From Raja brachyura (taxonomy: Eukaryota): a stretch of 64,000 nucleotides of DNA. The stretch's first letter is position 1. Every line of letters starts with the position of its first letter. Shown in pieces: positions 23,521 to 37,357 of the stretch. The stretch is from contig OY740785.1 in NCBI GenBank assembly GCA_963514005.1, positions 68,014,001-68,078,000 of the forward strand, written 5' to 3'. The translations under genes were made by a program, and so were the position numbers. The notes under the pieces are model-generated. The model had not been told where the DNA came from and did not search any database. It worked only from the letters and a program-made list of their open reading frames with translations.

Positions 23521-25639
23521 CCCCAGACCCCTACACTCACGGCATTCCCCACTCTATCCACGGAGACTCCCTCCCTACTCTAAATCTCCACAGAAACATC
23601 CATCCCAGCCCCCGGACTCTACCCACACACACCCTTCCCCTTGCACCAGACTCTCTCCCACCTAGACCCTACCAGCCCCAATCCTCTCCATAGAGACCCT
23701 CCCTACCCCAGTCTCCCCACAGACACCCACCCTACCCCCCCCCCTTACCAGACTCTCCCACTGACACCGCTTCCCACTGCACCCAACTCTATGCACCCTA
23801 ACACCACCAGCACTTTTGAGCCCCTCTTTACACCCAGACTCTGCTCAGCGTCCTGCTACCTAATACTTTTCCCCCAACATGACTACACAAACCACTGTCC
23901 CAATGAAGCTCACACCAGGCATCACCTCCTCTCCCCTACAATGCCCCTTCACACAGCTGCAAATGACTCCCCCCAAGACACAATGTTTCTAACAATCTCA
24001 CCCCAATAATGTTCTGCTGCTCGCCCTGACCCTCCTCACCCCTCACACAATTCTCTCACCCTTGGCTGTTCCCTCCACAGACACGCTGCCCCTTCTCACA
24101 CTCTAATGCACCCCACAACCCACTCTCCTCACAGATGACTGCCCCTCCTCACACCTGTCCCTTCATCAGGCAACCCCCTCTCACACTCAAATGCTTCCTT
24201 CTCACACATTCCATTTTCCCCTATCTCCCCATGCTGTTCCACTGCTCACATTCAGCTGCCCCACTCCCCATACCTGAATACCCCCTCCCCAACCAGAATG
24301 CCCCCAGTCTTCACACTCCCAACTCTCACACCTTGCTCCTGTCACAGATCTGCACTTTGCAATCAGCATGAAAACACGATGCGCTTTGAAGAAGCCAAAG
24401 ATCTATTGATTTCTTTGTGGTAAACCTTACCTTTTTCAATGTCAATTCCTACCAGGCAGCTTGAGGGAGAGATCTCTGATGCCCAACAGTTGTCAGTTTA
24501 AATTGGTTGAGCTGTCAATCATGTTGAACAATTCTTACAGACTGCAAACCAAGAACCATATGTTCAACAAGTATGTTAACATTATACACAAAGCTAAATC
24601 AAGTGTGGATCCTACAAATGAGCTTGAGGTGGAAGTTAAAATAAAAGTGGTTAAGAATGTTTACATTTTTATTTGTTTGTCTACATGAACAACAAACTAT
24701 AAAGATTTTTTCAAGCCACGGAGGTTGCTAAGCAGAGATCAGTACACTATATAGAATTCACTTACACCAAATGAAAGCATAATATGGTCAGGATAATTTG
24801 GAGGTAAAACGGCTTGTATGCATTAAGCTGTATGAGCTTTTTTTAAAATTGTGGTGGAGACGACTGCAAAATGGTCCACCCAGTGGAGGAACATGGAGTT
24901 GCTGCAAGCACATTTTTACTCTAATTACAATTGCAAAACCTAAGGCACAATCTAAATATGCTCTCCAGTTTTGGACATGAATTCTGGGGATCACTTACAA
25001 TAGATCTCATTCTGGTTAGTGACATTAGGCCTGAGAACATTAACAGGTTGCGTTCCTTATCTGTAGACACAAGGAACTGTAGCTGCTGATTTACCAAAAA
25101 AGACAAATTGCTGGAGTAACTCAACAGTTCAGGCAGCATCTCTGGAGAACATGGATAGGTGACATTTTCTGTCGGCACCCTTCTTCAGATGCTCGCTGGT
25201 GACCTACAAATGTGTTCATTTCACTGGGTTAAAAGATACCTAAAGCCAGACATATGGGAGATATATGGCCAATGATAGGAATTTAAAAAATATATTTAAT
25301 GAGAAAACTTCAAATTAAATACAACCTTTCCAGATATAAACTGGGCAATTGCAAGTTAGGATCTGATGGACAAGTAAGAGTGATAATAGCAGAACTCCCA
25401 AAAATTAATAGTAGAAAAATGTGAGGCACCTCAAAAATATTTAATGTTTGTTTTTACAGAGGGACGAATAAATAGTTTATTGGAAATTACTTGCAAAACT
25501 GTGGGACAATCATTCATGCAAATAAATATTAAGGGAGAGTTATAAGTATGTTAATGGGACAAGAAATTAGATGACCACATGATCAGTTGGCTCGCTTCCC
25601 AGAACAATAAATGAAGAAGACCTAGTCCCAATGTACCAG

Positions 25640-27020
25640 ACAGACACCCATCAATAGTGACATGCCTTGCTTGCGATAATGACTACAAAGTGAAGTCAGA
25701 CAGAATTGCTGGCAAAAACGCATCTCTCCCTGACAGTTCAACGTATTTATGTTCATTTTGAAAAGAAGGTCAGTGGAATTACTTCACCTATCCCGACAGC
25801 CTCAGATGCACTAGTACCCACAGTCATCATCTCAGTTGTCAAATTGACCAACCTGACAGCAAACCTACAGAAAGCAACTGGCCTGGATGTAGTCCTTGGC
25901 CACATCCTGAGGACTCATGTGGACCAGCTAGCAGGAGTGTTGAAAGCCATCTTTAACCTCCCGCTGCTCCAATCTGAGGTTCCGTAAAGAAGACCACTAT
26001 TGTGCCAGTGCCAAAAGAAAACAAAGTAGCAAGACTTAATGTCTAGTATCCATCTACCATTGTGAAGTGCTTCGAGGGGCTGGTCATGGTGCACATCAAC
26101 TCCAGCCTCCCAGTCACCCCTCACCCATTGCAATTAACATACCATCACAATGCGTCCCCAGCAGATGCAATGTCCCTTAGCCTCCATATCCCAGGAACAT
26201 CTGAATCACATGACACCCATGTCAGACTACATTTTATTGATTATAATTCCACCTCCAACACTGTAATTCCAACCAAACACATCTTCAAACCTCTGGACCT
26301 TGGGGTCAGCATCCCATTCTTCTCCTAGATCCTTGACCCAAAGACAATCCAAAAGGATAGGTGACAGAACATCCTCTACGATAATTCTCTCCAACAAAGC
26401 CCTGGAATGCTGCATTCTCAGCCCCTTATTATATTCCATGTACACTCAAAGGGTACAGGGAGTCAATAGAAGTAGAAATTTTGCTCAAACTCCATTTAGC
26501 ACAGGTAGGATTAGTACGGGTGTCATAGGTTATGGAGAGAAGGCAGGAGAATGGAGTTAGGAGGGAGAGATAGATCAGCCATGATTGAATGGCAGAGTAG
26601 ACTTGATGGGCCAAATAGCCTAATTCTATTCCTATCACTTATGATCTTATGATATATAATTTTCCAGATGTCACAATCATAGTGGGTGGATCTCAAACAA
26701 TGAAACAAAGAACAGAAAGGAGATAGAGTGCTTAAAATAGCATGGTGATGAGATTACAGCCTCCATTTCAATGTCAGCAAAGTGAAGGAGCTGGTCATTG
26801 ACTTTGAGATGGTCGAGAAATACAAGTTTGTAGGTGTAAATATCACCAACAATTTGTCCTGGTCCAAACACATTGATGCCACAGCCAAGAAAGCACACCA
26901 ATGCCTCTCCTTCTTCAGAAGACTTAGGAAATTCGGTAAATCTCCAATTATTCTTCGCAATTTCCACAGCTGCACCACAGCTTGGCATTGCAACTGCTCT
27001 GCTTAAGACCACACAAACTG
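25640..27020 (+). mobile_element. Rex1/Babar-type LINE, decayed RT fragments
   Basis: KATGLD...DQLAGV, KCFEGLVMVHI, YKFVGVNITNNLSWSKHIDATAKKAHQCLSFFRRLRKFG. Confidence 0.8.
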
Positions 27021-27227
27021 ATGTTAAAGCTACATAATTTATTTAAATCATTTCATCAAGGGCATATGAAGATTTGAAATTTGTTGATACCTTATTTTGG
27101 GATGCGGAAAAATTGCACAGAGTTAAGCAAGATGTAGGGTGGTTAATAGAATGGCCAACCAGTTGGCAGCCACTGTTTAATGCAAAAAAAAAATCAAGTG
27201 AAGTATGCTTGAAATTGGAAGTATTAT

Positions 27228-30200
27228 TTTTATTTTTATTTTAATATTTTTATTTATTAGAGGTAAATACATCAGTGTACATCACATATATATTATTACA
27301 ATCATTGTACCCCATAATTTTATTTTAAAGAAAAAGAATAGAAAGAAAGTGAAGTAGGTGAAAAGAGTTGTGAAAGTGAAAGAGCATGCCAAAGGGGAGA
27401 GAAAAAAAAACAAACCCTTGGTCAAAGAATTAGAGAAAGGGGATTAAGAGATAGACCCTAGAAAAGAAGATGAAAAGAAAGAGAGACAAAGAGAAATTAA
27501 AAGCCAGTTACTATATTATATATATCACTCAAAAGGAATCCACCAACTCGATAGTTTTTCATCCCTCCCACCAAGACCCGAGGTGCTCCTGCACCCTATC
27601 TTTGTAGCAATTCTATAAATATAGACCACGTCTGATAGAAGCGATCTGATTTTCCTGCCAGGCGGAGTCTCATATCTTCCAGATGTAATGTTTCAAACAT
27701 AGTTGAAATCCACATATTTAATGTTAGTATAGGAGCATTTTTCCAAAATTTTAAGATTAGCTTTTTTCCTATTATTAAGCCGTAATCAAATAGATTATTT
27801 TGATATACATTTAATTCCAAACTACCTTCTGTCATTCTGGCGGGGAAATTTGCAAAGGCCACTGGGGAGACTTTAAACTAGAATGGTTGGGGCGAGGGAT
27901 GCAAATAGCAAAAGCTAGTAGACAGAATGGGAGGCAGGAAGCAGAAAAGGGAAGCACTCGGACACAAGAGGAGAAAGAAAAAAAAGGAAATAAACAGAGA
28001 ATAAGAGATGGGGGGTTTCTTAAATGTGCATATTTTAATGCTAGGAGTATTGTAAGAAAGGTGGATGAGCTTAGAGTCTGGATAGACACCTGGAAGTATG
28101 ATGTTGTGGCAATCAGTGAAACATGGTTGCAGGAGGGCTGTGATTGGAAACTAAATATTCCAGGATTTCGTTGCTTCAGGTGTGATAGAATTGGAGGGGC
28201 AAGATGTGGAGGTGTTGCATTGCTAGTCAGAGAAGATATTACAGCAGTGCTTTGGCAGGATAGATTGGAGGGCTCATCTAGGGAGGCTATTTGGGTGGAA
28301 CTGAGAAGTGGGAAAGGTGTAGCAACACTTATAGGGGTATATTATAGACCGCCAAATGGGGAACGAGAATTGGAAGAGCAAATATGTAAAGAGATAGCAG
28401 ATATTAGTAGTAAGCTCAAGGTAGTGATTGTGGGAGATTTCAACTTTCCACACATAGACTGGGAAACACATTCTGTAAATGGGCTGGATGGTTTGGAGTT
28501 TGTAAAATGTGTGCAGGATAGTTTTTTGCAGCAATACGTAGAGGTGCCTACTAGAGGAGGGGCAGTGCTGGACCTCCTGTTAGGAAATGAGACGGGACAG
28601 GTGGCGGAGGTATGCGTTGGGGAGCACTTCGGGTCCAGTGATCACAATACAATTAGTTTCAATATAATTATTGAGAAGGACAGAACTGGGCCTAGGGTTG
28701 AGATTTTTGATTGGAGAAAGGCTTACTTTAACGAGATGCGAGATGATTTAAAAGGAGTGAACTGGGACATTTTGTTTTATGGGAAAAATGTAGAGGAGAA
28801 ATGGAGGACATTTAAAGGGGAAATTTTAAGAGTACAGAATCTTTATGTTCCTGTTCGGTTGAAAGGAACCAGTAAAAATTGGAAAGAGCCCTGGTTTTCA
28901 AGGGAAATTGGACATCTTGTTTGGAAAAAGAGGGAGATCTACAATAATTATAGGCAGCATGAAGTAAATGAGGTGCTTGAGGAGTATAAGGAATGTAGAA
29001 AGAATCTTAAGAAAGAAATTAGAAAAGCTAAAAGAAGATATGAGGTTGCTTTGGCAAGTAAGGTGAAAGTAAATCCGAAGGGTTTCTACAGCTATATTAA
29101 TAGCAAAAGGATAACAAGGGATAAAATAGGTCCATTGGAGAGACCGAGTGGACAGCTATCTGCAGAGCCAAAAGAGATGGGGGAGATATTGAACAATTTC
29201 TTTTCTTCGGTATTCACCAAGGAGAAGGATATTGAATTATGTGAGGTAAGGGAAACTAGTAGAGTAGCTATGGATACTATGAGTTTCAAAGTAAAAGAAG
29301 TACTGACACTTTTGAAAAATATAAAAGTGGATAAGTCTCCAGGTCCTGACAGGATATTCCCTAGGACATTGAGGGAAGTTAGTGTAGAAATAGCCGGGGC
29401 TATGACAGAAATATTTCAAATGTCATTAGAAACGTGAATAGTCCCCGAGGATTGGCGTACTGCGCATGTTGTTCCATTGTTTAAAAAGGGTTCTAAAAGT
29501 AAACCTAGCAATTATAGACCGGTTAGTTTGACTTCAGTGGTGGGCAAATTAATGGAAAAGATACTTAGAGATAATATATATAAGCATCTGGATAAACAGG
29601 GTCTAATTAGGAACAGTCAACATGGATTTATGCCTGGAAGGTCATGTTTGACTAATCTTCTTGAATTTTTCGAAGAGGTTACTAGGGAAATTGACGAGGG
29701 TAAAGCAGTGGATGTTGTCTGTATGGACTTCAGTAAGGCCTTTGACAAGGTTCCTCATGGAAGGTTGGTTAAGAAGGTTCAACTGTTGGGTATAAATGCA
29801 GGAATAGCAAGATGGATTCAACAGTGGCTGAATGGGAGAAGCTAGAGGGTAATGGTGGATGGCTGTTTTAATCGGGTTGGAGGCAGGTGAGTAGTGGGGT
29901 GCCCCAGGGATCTGTGTTGGGTCCTTTGTTGTTTGTCATGTACATCAATGATCTGGATGAAGGGGTGGTAAATTGGATTAGTAAGTATGCAGATGATACC
30001 AAGATAGGGGATGTTGTGGATAATGAAGAGGATTTCCAAAGTCTACAGAGTGATTTAGGCCAGTTGGAAAAATGGGCTGAAAGGTGGCAGATGGAGTTTA
30101 ATGCTGATAAATGTGAGGTTCTACACCTTGGCAGGACAAATGAAAATAGGACGTACATGGTGAATGGTAGGGAATTGAAGAATACAGTTGAACAGAGGGA

Positions 30201-32111
30201 TCTGGGAATAACCGTGCATAGTTCCTTGAAGGTGGAATCTCATATAGATAGGGTGGTAAAGAAAGCTTTTGGTATGCTAGCCTTTATAAATCAGAGCATT
30301 GAGTATAGAAGCTGGGATGTAATGATAAAATTGTACAAGGCATTGGTGAGACCAAATCTGGTGTATGGTGTACAATTTTGGTCGCCCAATTATAGGAAGG
30401 ATGTCAACAAAATAGAGAGGGTACAGAGGAGATTTACTAGAATGTTGCCTGGGTTTCAACAGCTAAGTTACAGAGATAGGTTGAATAAGTTAGGTCTTTA
30501 TTCTCTGGAGCGCAGGAGGTTAAGGGGGGACTTGATAGAGGTCTTTAAAATGATGAGAGGGATAGACAGAGTTGATGTGGACAAGCTTTTCCCTATGAGA
30601 ATAGGGAAGATTCAAACAAGAGGACATGACTTTAGAATTAAGGGACAGAGGTTTAGGGGTAACATGAGGGGGAACTTCTTTACTCAGAGAGTGGTAGCGG
30701 TGTGGAATGAGCTTCCAGTGGAAGTGGTGGCGGCAGGTTCGTTGGTATCATTTAAAAATAAATTGGATAGGCATATGGATGAGAAGGGTATGGAGGGTTA
30801 TGGTATGAGTGCAGGCAGGTGGGACTAAGGGAAAAAAGTTGTTCGGCATGGACTTGAAGGGCCGAGATGGCCTGTTTCTGTGCTGTAATTGTTATATGGT
30901 TATATGGTTATTCCGAAAATAATCCATTCTGGCTTTGGTGTCATTTTTATTTTAAACAGTTTTGTGAAAATTTCAAAGATTTCAATCCAAAACCTTTGAA
31001 TTTTTGTACAAAAGATGAATGAATGCACTATAGTAGCTTCTTGACTGGCATTTATCACAAATTGGCGAGGCGTTGGGGAAAAATTTATTTAATTTGGTTT
31101 TTGAGTAGTATAATATGTGTAAAATTTTAAATTACATTAAAGTGTGTCTTACGTTAATTGAGCATTTGTGCACATTTAATAAGTACTCTTTCTACCTTTA
31201 ATTGGAAATTTTTATGCTTAGTTCGTTTTCCCACTCACCTCTGATACCTTCCGTTGTTGGTATTACTGCATTTAGTATATAATATTATATATATGAAATT
31301 AAATTTGCTGATGCCGCCTTGTATTCATTACTTGACCTAGTAAGTCTAATGGCATATTTGGAAATATTTAAAATACTGATTGTTACCCAGCTTGTATTTT
31401 AGTTGTAATTGTTTAAATGATAATAGTTTTCCCGTATCATACAAATCTCCCAAAATTTTAATTCCTGCTCTTTCCCATTGTATAAATTGAGGGTTTAAAA
31501 GAGGGTTTTTAGCAATAGGAGATAGGAGAGATAAGTTTCTTAATTTCTTAATTTTAAGTTGTATTTTATTTGTTTCCAAATTCTAATTGTACTATGTATA
31601 ATTGGGTTTTTGTTGTAGTTTGTATTATTCACCATCTTTGGTGAAAGAAGGATCGCACCAATATTAAAGGGGGAGCAGTCCTCTTTCTCGATAATGATCC
31701 ATTCCGGTTGATGAAGAGAATTATCCAACAATTGAATCATATTTCTAATATTTACCGACCAATAATAATACATAACATTAGGGAGTGCTAATCCCCCTAC
31801 TACTTTGGGTTTATTCAGGTGTGGTCTTTGTATTCTATGGGACTTATAATCCCAAATAAAATTTGTAATATCTGAGTCCAATTAAAAAAAAAAACTTTTT
31901 GGGTAGATATAATGGGATTGATTGGAACAAGTATAGAATTTGTGGTAGAAAAATCATTTTTATGGCATTTATTCAACCTATTAAGGACATCAGAAGCGTT
32001 TTCCAGAATTTAATTAAATTATGTAGTTTCTTAAGTACAGGGTTATAGTTTGCTTTAAACATGTGTTAATATCTTCTAGTAATTTCAATACCCAAATATT
32101 TAAATTTTTCC
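27228..32111 (-). mobile_element. 5'-truncated L1-clade LINE interrupted by a CR1
   Basis: TSD GAAATTGGAAGTATTAT at 27211-27227 and 32112-32128; T-rich tail on the left; ORF2 C-terminal pieces FIWDYKSHRI, GGLALPN, KKLILKFWK. Confidence 0.85.
27836..30909 (+). mobile_element. CR1 LINE with near-complete but inactivated ORF2 (APE endonuclease + RT)
   Basis: [40 protein letters not shown]; stops at 29435 and 29843 plus a frameshift; (gttatatg)n tail. Confidence 0.95.
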
Positions 32112-32977
32112 GAAATTGGAAGTATTATAACAGGCTGATGGACCAGAGAGACGAGGAGTTGTAACAGACTGCAAACGAGGGATTCGAGCAAGAAAGATGA
32201 CAAGACGATCTAACTCATTTTTTGGTTTCACCCAAAAGAACATTGAAAGAATGAATGAATGATACTTAATTATCACATGTTCATGTCACAGTGAGATTCT
32301 TTGTTTTGCATATCCAAGGTATGAATGGGAGATTTATCAAAAATTAGATTCCTTTTTGTCAGAAAGTAATGTGCTAGCAGTAGCACCTTTATGGAAATGT
32401 ACATTGGCTGTGATATACTCGGAGGTGAAAGTGTAGGCGTTTGATTATGAGCATCAAGTTCAGCTGCAACAGGACCACCGGTCCTGCTTTAAAATTCAAA
32501 ACAGATAACAAAAAACATTGTTTATTGTTTATTGTCATTGTTTATTGTTTATTGTCATTGTTTATTGTATGCATAAAATCCCCCAGTGAGATGTTTATAG
32601 GAGATGTTACAATGGAGACACAAGTTAATTAAATCTGGCTGTCCGCTAAATGGATTGCTCAATCTCTGATGTGAACATAATTGTTCATTGGGGTGGCATT
32701 TCACAGAGAGGAAATAAAGGAATCGGTCCAGACCCAAGCATTCTCAGGGAATACAGCACTGCTGGAGATGCAGTCAACGAGATGTGGGGTCAAACCAAGG
32801 TCCTACCCGACTTCTCAAGATTCCAATTTTAAAAGGCTCTTGGGAAATTTCCCTGGGATCTTGGGAAATACTTAACCATCCACAAATATCAATCAAGTTT
32901 ATGTTGTTGTCTGTGAACAAACTAGTTGCCATGTTACCTACATTGCAATTTTGAATGTCATTTGCTGGTCATGAAAG

Positions 32978-33368
32978 GTGCTTGAAATATACAAAATTCT
33001 TAAGGGGTTGGACAGGCTATATGCAGGCAGATTGTTCCTGATGTTGGGGAGGTCCAGGACAAGGGGTCACAGCTTAAGGATAAGGGGGAAATCCTTTAGG
33101 ACCGAGATGAGAAGGACTTTTTTCACACAGAGAGTGGTGGGTCTCTGGAACTCTCTGCCACAGAAGGTAGTTGAGGCCAGTTCATTGGCTATATTTAAGA
33201 GGGAGTTAGATGTGGCCCTTGTCGCTAAGGGGATCAGAGGGTATGGAGAGAAGGCAGGTACGGGATACTGAGTTGGATGATCAGCCATGATCATATTGAA
33301 TGGCGGTGCAGGCTCGAAGAGCCAAATGGCCTTCTCCTGCACCTAATTTCTATGTTTCTATGTTTCTA
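32978..33368 (+). mobile_element. CR1 3' fragment
   Basis: YKILKGLDR...FFTQRVVGLWNSLP; ttctatgt tail. Confidence 0.85.
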
Positions 33369-35204
33369 CAACCCAAAAAAACTGCATATGCTGGAGATCT
33401 GAAATGAAAACAGAAAGGTCGTAAGTGATAGGAGCAGAATTAGGCCATTCAGCCCATTAAGTCTACTCCACCATTGAATCATTGCTGATCTATCTCTCCC
33501 TAATAACCACATTCTGCTGCCTTCTCCCCATGACTCCTGACACCTGTACTAATCAAGAATCTATCTATCTCTGCCTTAAAGTGTTGGAAAAACTCAGCAG
33601 TTCAGGCAGATACTGCTGTAAGTTTCCAACATTTTCTGTTTTTATTTATAAATGCAATGTCTCCATTCTGGAAATCAAGGAGAAATGAGCCAAACAAGCA
33701 AGGCCTCAGGAAACCATAAATCCACTTCAAAACTATTTTAATGCATAAAAGCTAATGTTTGAAGTTATCAAACTGTTACTTCTGCATGCAAAGCTCTGAA
33801 TTCAACAAAAAGCCCAACATTATATATATTTAACACTAATTGTGAGAGTATACTAGAGAAAGATGCAATTTAGCATTTCAAGTGTTCAATGAATCATCTC
33901 TAAGTAGTCTATGGATTCAATTTTAGCAACTTTTCAAAATTCCAACCAAACTCAAAAAAATGTTCTTTGCTCTTTTAACCTTCTGAAGCGTTCCTCTCTG
34001 AAGAGTTTTTTCCTCTCTGAAGAGTTAATCCAATCACTTAGTTTAATATTGGTGGAAATCTTGCAGAAATAGTAATAATAAACATTGACAATGTTTCTCC
34101 AATGTTTGGAAGAAAATTATGTTGGGTAAATACAAGATTCTCAAGTGGAATGTGCCCATCAGACTCTGAACAAAAATGTTTAAAAACTATATATTTAGAT
34201 CATTGGACTAGTTTTGTCATCTTAGCAACTGTTTCATTGCAGTAGCAGTATACACAATGTATCTTCCTCCTTCTATTTGGAACTAGTTACATGTTGGCTT
34301 TACCACTCTTAACATCAGCTGCAGAAACAAACCTCTGTATGTTCACAAATAACTAATGTTCAAATTTCTGGCTCGTAGTTTTATCCCTGATTTTTGTTCT
34401 TGATGCAAAAATTGGTATTTACACTTTTACCTTCCTCAAAATGTAGGTCCTTTAACATCAATGCCTCCATTATTTCTCCCTTGGGATTTTCAAATGCGAT
34501 GTCCCAAAGATTTGTGTCATTTATTTTTTACATTTAATTCTGAAAAAAATCCCCATCCAACTGATCACTTTATAAAATTAGAGCAGGTCTAAACTACACC
34601 AGGTTAAAAACTCTCTTGAAGATTCCTCAAAGCTGTCCACCTTCATCTTTTGGTGATATCCACTTATCTTAATTAGCTTCTTAATGTGGTGACTATTAAG
34701 GTTAAAATCCTTTGTTTTTATATTGTTTTCTAATTTAAAGCTACCCGCAGTCTATGAATGACATTTTTGCCTTGCAATTTATAATAATTAGAGAATTATT
34801 TTGTATGCTGCCCGCTACAGGAGATCTGAGACATGTAAAAAGTGACAATAACCATCTTAAGCACATCAGATAAAAGAATCCTCACTGAGTTGTACAGTGT
34901 ACACTGGAAATATGTGTTGAAATATTGAATTCAATAGAAAAATCAAATTATGCAAAATAGAGGGCAGAAATAAAGCAATGAAAGCATTGAACATGTAACA
35001 TTGGCAGGAATGAGGCAGCACATATACTGAAGCAGAATTATATTTTTCAGCAATAAGTAAAATATTTTAAAATTTGATCAATGTCCTTTTCTGGCATTTG
35101 TAGTGGTTTTCTATTGTGTAAATACTGCAACCACACCTTCCATATGTTTTAACCAAATGGTACTAAGTTCTACCAAAAAAGGACCAGAATAAAGAGAATG
35201 ATAA

Positions 35205-35725
35205 TTACGATACAATATGGTACGATAGAACTTTATTTATCTGATACGATAGAACTTCATTGATCTGCCAACAGTCATAAAACATAAAATCCATGAAACA
35301 AGAAATTAAAGTAACAAGTGAAAGGGCTTGGAATGTGCAAAGATTGGGTGGGGGGGGGGAGGGATAGTCAGTCTACCCCACAACAGAAGGGGGAGGAGTT
35401 ATACAGTTTTATAGCCACAGGGAAGAAAGATCTCCTGTGTCATTCTGTGCTGCATCTTGGTGGAACCAGTTTGTTGCCTAAGGTACTCCTCAGGTTGACC
35501 AGTGTGTCATGGAGGGAGTGAGCTGTATTGTCCAAGATGCTCCACAGTTTGAGGAAATCCGCCCCTCCAAGACCACTTCCCATGCATCCAATTCCTCCCC
35601 CAGGACTGAGCCAGCCTTCTTGATGAGTTTGTTAATCCTATTGGTGTCCGCGGCCTTCGCCCTGCTGCTCCAGCACATGACAGCGAAGAAGGTGGCACTG
35701 TTTACTATCGATTGGTAGAACATCT
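35205..35725 (-). mobile_element. Rex1/Babar LINE 3' fragment
   Basis: MFYQSIVNSATFFAVMCW...RINKLIKKAGSVLG. Confidence 0.75.
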
Positions 35726-37357
35726 GTGGCTAATGGACTGCATTGAAAAATGCATTGAAAGTGAACATATAAGTACTATGGGACTTCCATAATCTTCGTA
35801 AATGTAACAGTTCCTTGAATCACATCTCTATCTTTTATATATGTTAAATATGCATTTTATGATCTACTTGTTCTTTCAATATCTCACAGGGAAAGACCAG
35901 GTGATGTTGGGAGTTCAGATTTGTGAAATGTCTGTTTTATGGTCATTTTATGCCTTATTATCATTATTTTTGTGACCTTACTGATAAAATAATTCAATAC
36001 AACATTGACAAAATGAAAAGATTGCATTAACCCGTTATCTGAGCCGCTGAGGGAAATGAAACTTTTTTCCATTGACCTTCCATGTAGGGTGACTACGTGT
36101 ATTTACTTTTATGGCATAGTCCTAAACTAGAAAAATATCTGACCGAATCCTGTGCTGCATGACTGCAAGACTGATTCTCAAATAACTGTAAATTTCATAA
36201 AGCAGCTCATTTTTATGGTAACAGAAAATGGGATGAATCACAAGTTTACCTTTTATGGGGTTTTTTTGGAAGAAAGATAACAAAATACTGGAGGGCAATT
36301 TGATGCTCTCCCAAAGAGAAATTGTAGTTTTCTACCTCCACCTCACAGGGAGGCATGATTTGCATTAAACAGTTATAATGGGTGACTTCAATCTGCATAT
36401 AGATTGGGTGAATCAAATTGGCAGGGGTGCTGAGGAAGGGGATTTCTTTGAATGTATGCGGGATAGTTTTCTAAACCAACATGTAGAGGAACCAATGAGA
36501 GAGCAGGTTATTCTAGACTGGGTATTGAGGAATGAGGAAGGGTTAGTTAACAGTCTTTTTGTGCGTGGCCCCTTGGGCAAGAGTGACCATAATATGGTTG
36601 AGTTCTTCGTTAGGATGGAGAGTGACATTGTTAATACAGAAACAAGGGTTCTGAACTTAAAGAAAGGTAACTTTGAGGGTATAAGATGTGAATTGGCCAA
36701 GATAGACTGGCAATTGATTCTTAAAGGGTTGACAGTGGATATGCAATGGAAGGCATTTAAAGACTGCATGGATTAACTACAACAATTGTTCATCCCAGTT
36801 TGGCAAATCAGGGAAAGTAGTGCATCCGTGGATAACAATGGAAATCAGGGATAGTATCAAAACAAAAGATGAAGCATACAAATTAGCCAGAAAAAGCAGC
36901 CTACCAGAGGACAGGGAGAAATTCAGAGTCCAGCAGAGGAGGACAACGGGATTAATTAGGAAAGGGAAAATAAATTATGAAAGAAAACCGGCAGGGAACA
37001 TAAAAACTGACTGCAAAAGTTTTTATAGATATGTGAAGAGAAAAAGATTAGTTAAAACTAATGTAGGTCCCTTGCAGTCAGAAACAGGTGAATTGATCAT
37101 GGGGAACAAGGACATGGCAGACCAATTGAATAACTACTTTGGTTCTGTCTTCACTAAGGAAGACATAAATAATCTGTCGGAAATAGCAGGGGACCGGGGG
37201 TCAAATGAGATGGAACTGAGTGAAATCCAGGTTAGCCAGGAAGTGGTGTTAGGTAAATTGAATGGATTAAAGGCCGATAAATCCCCAGGGCCGGATAGGC
37301 TGCATCCCAGAGTACTTAAGGAAGTAGCCCCAGAAATAGTGGATGCATTAGTGATAA

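Noticed and set aside
22668-24371. Long GC-rich ORFs around the CpG island (for example 23113-23583 +)
   Set aside because: Compositional artefacts with no recognisable domains; the real coding signal is the short minus-strand exon
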